DNA from: Tubiluchus corallicola
Lineage: Eukaryota; Animalia; Priapulida
Assembly: GCA_030141605.1 (NCBI GenBank)
Contig: JAQGDQ010000226.1
Span: 62,001 to 126,000, forward strand
Length of the DNA stretch: 64,000 bases
Reading direction: 5' to 3'
A model generated the notes under the pieces. That model was not told where the DNA came from, did not search any database, and saw nothing but the letters and a program-made list of their open reading frames with translations. Made by a program: the position numbers and the translations under genes. Positions 51,978 through 64,000 of this stretch are shown in pieces. Numbering within the stretch: position 1 is the first letter of the stretch; each line of letters begins with the position of its first letter.

Positions 51978-53348
51978 ATTCTATGTGCTTCTCTTTATTT
52001 GCAGATTATAGTTATATTTCCGCTGGGCAGATTTTTTTCGATTTTTGAGATGAGCTACATTTGCAGGATGTGAGAATAGACATTAATGAAAATCTGCTTG
52101 TCAACACAAAATTTTGCCAGTGCTCCATTTTTTCAGAGAAAATTCATGCTTTACGTGAGTGCTGCAATATTTGGGGGGAAAATCTGCATTTGTAGGTCAG
52201 TTTGTGAATATTTACACAAGTTCCGAAAACAGCCAAAAATACTAAATGCTGTTGCATTTTAAAGGTTAAGGCATAAATAATAATAAAAGTCAGTTCATTT
52301 TTCTTTTTCAGTCAATTAGCATTTGTTTATAACCGTTCAGGTTGATGCAGAACCATTCAAGGCCTAGAACGTAACTGAACTTGTGTACATATAACTAATA
52401 ACACTAACACGTGTTTATTTAATGAACCGTGACTGCCAAGGCATTGTTTGTCGTAAAGAAAATTTCTGTTGTAGTTTGTTTGGGGTCAAAACTTTTAGAG
52501 ATTCTGGTGACGTCGTAAGTCGTTTACCTACAAACTGCTCATACACGTCAACGGACCCACAGTGTACCGAGAAAGGTCAAAATAGGCAAAATACGAACGA
52601 AAATAAAAAACAGACCTTTTGCGACTAATTTCATAGTGATAGAAGGTACCTGATAAATTTCCCTAAAAGCAGGTGATGTTGTAATTAACAGGAAAACAAT
52701 TTTCTGGTAATGGTTTCACAAGTAAGACGTCCGACGGAAAAAAAGCGAATTTAGCAAAACTAACGCGAGAAGTAGTAAGTAATGTTGCGTTTACAATGAC
52801 TAGAAAGTGTGTGAAATTTGACGTAATTTTTGTTTGACAAAAAAACCCAGATTCCTTGTACAAAATGATCGATTTTATTCAATTTCGACCAGATGCAGGA
52901 ACATTTGTAGCCACTTTGAAATTACGTCACTTTTGGCCTGGACTGATTTTAGTTGATTTTGAATGTGAACCACCCTGAGGCGCATGCGTAACTTAACGAA
53001 ACTGACAAAGTTTGTATGGCGATTTCTTGAAAGTCGCCACCCATATTTTTTCTCGCAATACCTGCCTAATAAATCAGTTACACTTTGCAACAGCCCAAGC
53101 TGATAGTAAATTGTGAAGGCTGACATTTATAACATGCTGCTAGGTTTAAAAACAACTTCCTCAGTGCTTGATAATTTACGAACTATCTAGTGTCAATATT
53201 AATTAAAAATTGATTAGACATAAATCTATCTCAACACTTCGTAGAAAAGCTTTATTTTAGACCCCCCCCCCACACACACACACTCAGCAATTACCGAACT
53301 ATTCAGTTTATGTACAGCAATTTCTATTACCTGAGATATAAGCTGGTA

Positions 53349-53645
53349 TTAAAGGAAGACCGGATGATTGTTTAGATTCAATTTCATTTTAATTTACTGT
53401 ATAAAAATATACATTTTCTTGCCTATAAAAGTTAGCAGTTGTTTCTTATATTTGAATAATTAGCTTTGAAAGTTAATTAACTGCAACCGAACAAGGAAGA
53501 CCGGATGACTGTTTAGGCTCAATCTCATTTTAATTTACTGTCCAAAATATACATTTTCTTGCCTATAAAAGTTAGCAGTTGTTTCTTATATTTGAATAAT
53601 TAGCTTTGAAAATTAATTAACGGCAACCGAACACGGAAGACCGGA
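53349..53645. mobile_element. Kolobok-like family A terminus, tandemly duplicated (about 141 bp)
   Basis: ggaagaccgga occurs at about 53354, 53495 and 53635. Confidence 0.8.
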
Positions 53646-53756
53646 ATATTTTATGTATGTAAGATGCATTTGTCCATTTTAATGCTAATGCATTTAAAAT
53701 ATTCAATAAATTATTATTTAATTCCACAAAAAATACGGCAGTAAAATAATTCACAG

Positions 53757-54070
53757 AAACTGGGGTCCTACAGGGCGTATTTAGTGATATACTCCTTCAC
53801 GTCGGGAGCAAACTGGGGTCCTACAGGGCGTATTTAGTGATATACTCCTTCACGTCGGGAGCAAACTGGGGTTCTACAGGGCGTATTTAGTGATATACTC
53901 CTTCACGTCGGGAGCAAACTGGGGTTCTACAGGGCGTATTTAGTGCTCCTATACTCCTTCACGTAGGGAGCAAACTGGGGTTCTACAGGGCGTATTTAGT
54001 GCTCCTATACTCCTTCACGTAGGGAGCAAACTGGGGTCCTACATGGCGTATTTAGTGCTATACTCCTTCA
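53757..54070. repeat. 53-56-bp minisatellite, 6 copies
   Basis: Unit aaactggggtcctacagggcgtatttagtgatatactccttcacgtcgggagc. Confidence 0.93.
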
Positions 54071-54618
54071 CATCCGTCGCACAAATCGCTCCATTCGATA
54101 ACATTAGGTAAATCTCAAATAAACCAAATTTTCGTTCAGTCATAAATGATCATTGGAAAGCCGTCGTAAATTACTTTGCATTAACAATTTACGATTGAGC
54201 AGAAATTTGATGCATATCGCAATAACGCGGGTCTTTGCGTGCGAACAAAAATTATTTCTATTGATTTGCCGGAAATTATTCGCATTTATTTTGGCAACAA
54301 AAATGCGGACGAAAATCACTGGATTTAAACTAGCCGTTGCTTTATGCCATCAAAGTCTGATTAGCCTTTCAAAAAACTCTGTGTCGAATGATTAATGGAA
54401 ATCAGTTACTAGTATAGCATACAGCTAGTAATGGTAACATATGCAAGACATCACAGGCCACAGATGAAGCTCTGTAAGTTTTTCTTGTGACAGATTGGCA
54501 TGTTATAAACAGGAACAACATTAAATAAAGTGCAGCTACATTAGGCTAGCAAAAATGTGTAGTGAAGTAAACATTAAACTTCCTTAAACATACAGTCTCG
54601 TTAGGTTCCTCCACACTC

Positions 54619-55291
<673 letters not shown>

Positions 55292-55807
55292 AGTTTATGT
55301 CGTCTGAGCTTATTAATCGGTGTTTTCTTTTGTTTGTACATCGTACAAATCAAACACAAAAAGTTCCTAATTAATTGTAAGACTTTTAAGGTCATTGCCT
55401 ATTCCAGAACTGAAGCTTAGAATAAGAATAACCAAATGTCAGATAAGCAATACAAAAGTAATGCCAGAAGCAAGTGTACCTGCTCTATTGTATGCAATAA
55501 CTACATACCCCGAAGGCAGACAAATGAGAAATAAATAATAAATGACCTAATATGGTATTGATGATCCCAGGTTACTGATGTTCAACAAACAGTAATTGCT
55601 GAGGCGCATACATGCATATTGTCCTGGAACCAAATAACAAGTGTGTCTGTTATTCACAGACTAATAATAAGAGAATTTCAGGTAACGGTCCCTCGCTGAC
55701 AATGACAATTGCGTAAGATTGCTAATACTTGTGTGTTAAAAGTAAAAGGCATTTCTCTGAAGAAAACTTTGGAAAGTTGATCACTGTTAAATGTATTTAA
55801 GCAAAAC

Positions 55808-56675
<868 letters not shown>

Positions 56676-56910
56676 AAATCAAATCAGATTATTTTCCCAT
56701 CCTTAACAACAAAGGTTTCCCATGGCAGTTCTACAGAAGCAAATCCTTGCAAACAATAAATGCTCAATTTTTTTGTATTCCCATCAAAGCTAAAACACCC
56801 AATACGATTAAACTAGACCAACCTACACGCGGTATGACACCTAACACCGGTAAGTCCAGTCACTGGTAGAAAAATGACACCTATCGTGTTTAGCCACTGA
56901 TGACCCAGTC

Positions 56911-57342
56911 ACTGAAATGACACTTAAGGTATCATAAGGAACTGTTTTGTCAGTAACTAATTACTTACGTAGCCTAAGCAACGCTGACAGTGATGTAATT
57001 TTGTACAGCTTAGGAATCTTGACGCAAGACGCTGATACAGGTGTCTAACTAATACTGAAATGACACTATAAGGCATCATAAAGAACTGTTCAGACAGTAA
57101 CTAATTACTTACGTAGCCTAAGCAACACTGACAGTAATGTAATTTTGTACAGCTTAGGAAACATGACGCAAGACGCTGATACAGGTGTCTAACTAATACT
57201 GAAATGACACTTAAGGTATCATAAAGAACTGTTCAGTCAGTAACTACTTACTTACGTAGCCTAAGCAACGCTGACAGTGATGTAATTTTGTACAGCTTAG
57301 GAATCTTGACGCAAGAAGCTGACACAGGTGTCCAACTAATAC
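56911..57342. repeat. About 144-bp tandem repeat, 3 copies
   Basis: actgaaatgacact at 56911, 57054 and 57198. Confidence 0.92.
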
Positions 57343-57707
57343 ACACATTGCAGTCGACATTAAGCCACGCCTTACTGGCTTTTGCCTCAAAAACTTATAG
57401 CTGCTACCGTATATAAGCGAAAAACACGAATAATGAGTGGGGGGGGGGGTTGTAACGATTTGTCACCTATTCCAGAATATTACACAGATATAATTATTAG
57501 CTACAAGAAGTGGCAGTATTTAACGATATACCTTCATTTTTACTTACACTTGAAATAAAATTATTTTCCAGTACCTTGGGATTAAAATTCAGTATGAAAT
57601 TTAAAATTTTATTATGCAACCCAAATTCGTCGATGAAAATCTTGTTTAGCTGGTAAAACAAATCAGATTCTTAGCTACTTAAGATACAAAAATACAAATA
57701 GATCGAC

Positions 57708-57714
<7 letters not shown>

Positions 57715-57804
<90 letters not shown>

Positions 57805-57979
57805 TTTGTCTCTCTCTCACACACACACACACTCTCCCTCTTGCCCTCACTCTCTCCCTCTCTCTCTTTCTCTCTCTCTCCCTCTCTTTCTCTCTCTCCC
57901 TCTCTCCCCCCTCTCTCTCTCTTTCTCTCTTCCCCCCCTCTCTCTCTCTCTCTCTTCCTCCCTCCCTCTCTCGCTCTCT
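57715..57979. repeat. (CT)n microsatellite
   Basis: Direct reading. Confidence 0.95.
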
Positions 57980-57988
57980 GATCAATCT

Positions 57989-58274
57989 GATCAATCTCAG
58001 ATGGTACAGGTGATTGTTCCCTTGTGCAGTTTAAGCGGTAAAAATGATTTAACCTTGTCTACAAGAAGTGCTAAATAAAACAAAAATAAATAAAGATTGA
58101 ATATAACATAGCATAACGTAACGTAACATAACATAACACAGCATATAATAACATAAAGTAACATAACATAACAAAGTGCAATATAACGCAAAAGACTCAT
58201 GTAAGCACAAACATTCAATTTTAAACAGCTTAAACTGCCCAGGTTAAACTTTGTGAATGTAATAATAAAGAGGG
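57989..58274. repeat. Interspersed repeat with (ATAAC)n interior, copy 1
   Basis: Head gatcaatctcagatggtacaggtgattgttcc is shared with the copy at 61126. Confidence 0.8.
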
Positions 58275-58545
58275 GACGTATCAACTTTAATAAACACTAT
58301 TTTGTTCTGTGCAGTAGTATCAGTGCTGAAGTAAAGTACACAATATTCTTACATCATAAAACAACATCAACTTTCAAATTTGAAAAAAAATAAGAACTAA
58401 CTACTTCGAAACAGACAGCTTGGCCTTCATTAATTTTTAAAGGGTTCAGTTTTTCGTGAGGTTTTGTCACGTTTGATTCGACGGCATCATTTGCCTTCCC
58501 TTTTTGTCTATTGTAACACCCACATTCGCAGTACAATTAGTACGT

Positions 58546-59079
58546 TTAAAGGAAAACCGGATGATTGTGTAAACATTAGTTCAGAATAAAGAATGCTCTA
58601 AAATACTGAAAACTACAACAGTTTTTTTTAAATCGAACCTTAGATTAAATAATAATTACCTCGGATACTCAAATTTCATTAGACTTTCAAAGCTACGCGC
58701 GGCTCAATGAATCTACTAAGATACGGTGCCTTTTCGTCACATGCGTGTGGCCGACAAATAGAAGGCGGTAGCATGATAACCATGAGCATGAACTGAAGTG
58801 TTTGTTTCTGACGTCATTTGACGTAGAGCTCATTTTCGTGACATCATACATTTAAGCAGTAACACTTATGCAAACGTGCTTGATGCGCAAGGGAAGATGC
58901 CTGCCATTGCACAAACTGTGGTTAGGTTCTGACGTAAGCAATAGCTGTGTTTGGTTGTCGTTAATTAACTTTCTAAGCTGATTATTCAAATACAAGAAAC
59001 AATTGCTAACTTTTATAGGCAAGAAAATGTATATTTTTGGAGGGTAAATAAAATGAGATTGAGTCTAAACACTCTTCTG
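58546..59079. mobile_element. Kolobok-like MITE family A copy
   Basis: Colinear with 7167-7721. Confidence 0.8.
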
Positions 59080-59215
59080 CATGCTGTTTGTGAGTAAACT
59101 TGTGGGTTGAGGAGCAGCTAGACAGCACTGGTTGACTAACGTTTCATAATCACTCTATTACAGAGTAGGTATATAGCCTCATTTAAAAAACTCTCTTTCC
59201 TATAGAGGTACCTAC

Positions 59216-59317
59216 ATGCGAGTGAGCCAGCAACTCTTTCATTACGAAATTGTCGTAAACTTCTTTGGCGAATTTTCTTCTGTCGTCCACGGTATCCAGC
59301 CGCTCGTACTTTTTTAT
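59216..59317 (-). CDS. GRK2: GRK2 exon IKKYERLDTVDDRRKFAKEVYDNFVMKELLAHSH
   Basis: 102 nt, AG/GT borders, phase 0-0. Homologous to IKKYEKL...MKELLACSH. Confidence 0.95.
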
Positions 59318-60293
59318 CTAAAAAACATATGAAAATATTTATGTTTTATGTCTGAATTAGTAATGCTTTCAGCGTAAAGAGGTTACATTTTGTTATGCTT
59401 TAATAAAGTCGCTTTTATTACTTATTTGGTCAGATTGGAAAAGAACTTGGCCTTTTTAAATATTGTGAAAAGGAAAAAAGACGTATTTTTGTATATATCA
59501 CGTTACTCGCTGAGATTAAGTACTCAATGACAGTGCCACTCATTAATATGGAACAGATGCAGTGGGACTCCATCCTAATTCACTATTCAAAATGATCCTC
59601 AAAGACATAATACTTAATATGTCTTAGCCACAGTTGAATGAGTGTATAAGCCTCTCTCAGCGAGGCAGATAGAACAGTCTAGAAGCAGGTTTCCCACAAA
59701 CCACTCCTCCATTCGGCAACCAGGCCCGGCATTTGCTCAACTACGTACACGCTGCGGCCACTTAGTTATTTTACGTAAAGACCAGGTACGTCTATGCAGC
59801 AAATATATTAAAAACATGTGTCAACATTCACCGTTGCAGAACTACATGTGAATAAACCCTTATCCGCTTTTTTCTAGGTTCAGAAATAATGTTCCAAGAA
59901 CGAAAGGCGAGACGCCTGTTACAGATTTAGGCCTACGCTACTGACTAGCACACGCGCCCAATGGCACACATCTTTAGTAACCATGACAACTGACGAGCTA
60001 AACAGACACGCGAAAGCGCGGCAAGAGAGCACAAACATTGGCACAGGTAAATGCAACAGTGCTATGAATAGACACATTAGCAACAATAAGAAACATCGAT
60101 TATGAAAACACTGACAACAACACTGGCAACCTGCATGGTATCACCCATCTAATTTAGTCATAAATATAACAATGAATACGTGATGTACCCCGAACATCGC
60201 TTCCAAGGGTTACGATAATTACTGTCAGACGAGCTTAGACACTAGGGTAGTCCTAGGGTGCCTCTTTCTAGGATAAACAACAAGTACATCTAA

Positions 60294-60695
60294 TAGGCGT
60301 GAGCGTCAAACATTCTAGTTTAAACGAGTTTTTGTAATTTGAATTCGACTCGAACCTAAAATTACAGAATTGGAATAATTCACCACATCAACCACATTAT
60401 GTTCGTTATCACTAAAACGTTTGAAACATCATGCAGTTTGCACAATTTAGCTGTGATTTCTGTACAAAATTTTCACTGTTTTTGCCGTTTTTTGCTGCAT
60501 AAGAAAACCAAGCATGTACACATACCTTGCGAGACTGCTTTTTATTAATAATTCGAAAATTTATTCGAAAATCTTCAAAAGTGATTTCAGATTCGATTCG
60601 GATTCGAAATTTTGAAATTCGGCACGATTCGAGTTCAAAAATCTCAAATTCAACTCGATCCAAATTCGCTTTCACATAGAGAATGCTCATCCCTA
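60294..60695. mobile_element. hAT-like MITE with (GATTC/GAATTCG) internal repeats
   Basis: taggcgtgagc ... gctcatcccta ends; degenerate 8-bp flanks acatctaa / gcatccat. Confidence 0.5.
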
Positions 60696-60930
60696 GCATC
60701 CATACACACGATTTCAAGTGACACCAACGAGCAGTAGACTTTCGCAAAATTAATATTAAAACTACCCTATAAAAAATAATATTATTTGACACGTTTCTGA
60801 TCCTTGGAACCAATCACGCGAAATTTTATAGCAAAACACTCGGAAAAAATTAGATGAAGTTCAGGTTTAGATGCCAATTTTAGTACTAAAAAGTTAAAAA
60901 AGGCAGAAACGTGTAGTGACGCGTACTTAC

Positions 60931-61004
60931 CTCCTCGTAGAAGAATATTTGAGGGACAGGTTCATCACAGAAATTGGTACAGAACTCTTTGAACAACAGA
61001 TAAC
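60931..61004 (-). CDS. GRK2: GRK2/3-type kinase exon (first exon in window; RH domain) GYLLFKEFCTNFCDEPVPQIFFYEE
   Basis: 74 nt with tttcag acceptor and gtaagt donor. Aligns to human GRK2 GYLLFRDFC...FYEE. Confidence 0.93.
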
Positions 61005-61125
61005 CTGAAATCAGATTGACAAATCAGGTAAATTACGGCACTTAGTAGGTCATTGCAATAACACAGGCGTAAAATAGGAAGCTTAGAAGAAGAATCCAGA
61101 ATTTCACATTTAATATTCTTAAGAC

Positions 61126-61824
61126 GATCAATTTCAGATGGTACAGGTGATTGTTCCATTATGCAGTTTAAGTGGTAAACAAGTAATGATAAAACTGTGT
61201 CTACGAGAAGAGCTAAATAAAACAAAAAATAAATAACTATTGAACATAACATAACATAACATAACATAACATAACATAACATAACATAACATAACATAAC
61301 GTAACATAACATAACACAGCATAACATGACATAACATAACAAAGTGTGATATAACATAAGATAACAAAACACAACACAACGTAGCATAACATAACATAAC
61401 ATAACATAAAGTAATACAACATGAAATGATAAAACACAACATAACATAACATAACATACCGTAACATAACATAACAAAGTATAATATAACAAAGTAACAT
61501 AACATAACATAAAATAAGATAACATAATGTAACGTAACGTAACGTAACACAACATAACCAAGTAACATAACATAACGTAATGTACCGTAACATAACATAA
61601 CAAAACAAAGTATAATATAACAAAGTAACATAACATAACATAACATAACATAACATAACATAACATAACATAACATAACATAACATAACATAACATAACA
61701 TAACATAACATAACATAACATAACATAACATAACATAACATAACACAAAACAACACAACACAACACAACATAACATAACATAATATAATATATAATAAGT
61801 TCAGATACAATAACTTTAATAAAA
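61126..61824. repeat. Interspersed repeat with expanded (ATAAC)n, copy 2
   Basis: Same head as the copy at 57989, about 550 bp of pentanucleotide repeat, same aactttaataaa tail. Confidence 0.85.
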
Positions 61825-64000
61825 GCGTGGGGAAAAGTGTAGAAAAAGGCAAACCTTATCCCCTTTCAAACATTGATGTTATTAAAAACTAAAAGAAAAT
61901 CCTGAAAAGTTCTAAGGACGTTTTTCTAAATGTGGCCAACCTAACCACTTTATCAATTTTTCCACTTCTAAAATAGAAAATTAACATTAAGAGGCAATTA
62001 ACAGGCAAACTAGTTGGACTCCAGGAATTAGCTTTTGTCATTTCCGTTTCAAAAATGGCTGACACACAACCACAAGAAAACAGCTCTCTCTCTCTCTCTC
62101 ACAATTTTAACAAAAAATTTATCACAAAAACAAAAAGCAAATTATTTCTATCAATTTGACCTTCATTTCTCTTCACTCTTTCTCGCCTCTTCTCTCTGTC
62201 CTGCTCCCACTTTCTCTCTTCCGTTGTTCTATTCCGTCCCATGAAATTTATTACTAAAAGCAACTGCATCTAATTTACATGCAGCCATTACCGTACCCAT
62301 TGAAACTATACTCAAGCGTCGTTAAATGGGTCACATTTCGGATGGAAATAAATTTTTCGAAAAACAAATGCCTAGTGGTTATTCTGGGGACCACGGTGGT
62401 CAAAATGATGCATGAAAGGTATGCATGTCCAAGTCCAGAGACGTCGATTACTCCATTACAATAGTCATAAGTCATTCATTTCACCATTACACATTTACAA
62501 TAGTTTCGTGTACAATACATAGTGAAAAGGCCTACAATGAACATAATACAAATAAGTTTTATTGTTTCTGCACTAGAAAAGCCTCGCACACTGTTCACCT
62601 ATATACAAATGTAAATGTGTTGTGGGCAATCAAAAAGCAGGGCTTGTTAGATTGTCCTTCATAGTGAAAGAAAAAAAAGTAATGAAAATTATCTGAAAAT
62701 TTGAAGTGAATCGTATGATAAAGAAAACATTAGTGCTACAGAATGGAATGATATAATGAATGAAGTTCATATATGAGATGACACAATAGAAAATGTTTAC
62801 AAATAGTTTCAAATTATAAAACATGATCCAACCATTTCCCCTTTGTGTAATGAATTGTGATAAAACATAATTATTAGACATTAGAAAATGTCGTCTCACG
62901 CAGGCGTGAGACTGGGACGTCACACACTAATGTATGATGAGGACTGCAGCTGCGGCCCGGCAGATCAGCTGCCGTATATTACAGCCTTAATTAATGGGAT
63001 CTCAGACAGCTGCGGGAAGATTATGATGTCAGCCTCGTAAGGGTTTATGAACATGTGACGTCTTCTTCATTTTTGCTCGATATTTACAGCTGTGGATCTG
63101 GTTGCAAAAGGAACAGATTCAGCAAGGATTGAACTACAGCTTCCTATAGGAACTCAGCATCCTGTGAACAGCTAATGAAGTTCCTGCTCGTGAGAAGAAA
63201 GCTCAAGATCATCAGCAACACTGTAGCTTGGTCTAAGATGCTAAACTGTTGCTAGGTAACTGGAGAGTCTAGAGTGTGTGGTTGTCACAAAACATGTTTG
63301 GACTCCAAGGTTTTGCCCTATATTAACTTTCATTACATTTAATTTCAATTTTGAATTTTTTGGAGTTTGCCTTGTTTATACACACTTTTGTCTTGTTTAT
63401 GCGCTGTCTTTTTCAAACGTAGTTTTACTGTACGCTCTGTATTTTAGTTTTCAGTGTAACGTCTGTCTTTTTTACCTCTGACATTGCTGTTATCCTTTTA
63501 ACCTATTGCAGTCTTTATATTTGTCTTTTGTCTTTCTACCCACTGACAGTTTTACTATAGATTTCTTTCTTATATGCATTCTACTGTTGCCTTTTCTCTT
63601 ACTGACTTTTTTGCTGTTTGACTTTTTTACTTATTTTTGTTATTTGGTTTCTTATTGCTGTAAGCGCAGTTTAAAAGACTCACGGTTAATAGACTCAATC
63701 ACTTAATTGCCTCAAAAATGCCTTGGAACGGGCTGCTTCTATTCAAATATACATAAAAACTATCAGTAATTGGCTCAAATAACTCCGCATAATTGACTCA
63801 ATATTCTTCCTTCACCTACATAAAATGTATGTATGTGCCCAGAGAACCTTTCCTACTTTTATGTCATCTTTACTTCCCTTTTGTGCACCATGTACGCAGA
63901 AACAATCATGTTAAGTACCGTTTTGTTTGTAAGCAGGTACGTTTATCATGCACTAATACGCTAGTTTTTAACTGCACAAAGGAATTTAGGGAATAATTCA

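Noticed and set aside
60965-61852. 295-aa (LCYVM)n hydrophobic ORF
   Set aside because: Translation of the (ATAAC)n tract; it overlaps a real exon in another frame.
62275-62475. Possible GRK2 exon 2 (HLFFEKFISI vs VTFEKIFSQ)
   Set aside because: No SIRSVMQKYL-like context and no suitable splice borders; exons 1-2 probably lie beyond the window.

Overview
Eukaryotic, AT-rich, repeat-dense animal DNA. The Meta-type SINE, TTAGGG-like repeats and protein sequences suggest a marine invertebrate, possibly spiralian, but this is inference. Two genes converge. The + strand carries the 3' two-thirds of SRP54 as one uninterrupted frame (3-977). The - strand carries a GRK2/3-subfamily G protein-coupled receptor kinase. 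I traced 17 GT-AG exons in frame from 61004 to the stop at 8232; its first exons lie beyond the window. The introns hold non-autonomous DNA transposons (TTAA-flanked Kolobok-like, Tigger/pogo-like, hAT-like, piggyBac-like), a CR1-type LINE end, many mini- and microsatellites, and a dense set of foldback palindromes. The best leads are: (i) a Penelope-type inverted repeat carrying two minimal hammerhead ribozyme motifs with a U3:A8 core variant; (ii) a candidate alternative terminal exon that would give an RH/RGS-only, kinase-less GRK2; (iii) a candidate alternative GRK2 C-terminal exon; and (iv) an intronless, retrogene-like SRP54. Most long ORFs in the ORF track are artefacts of repeats.
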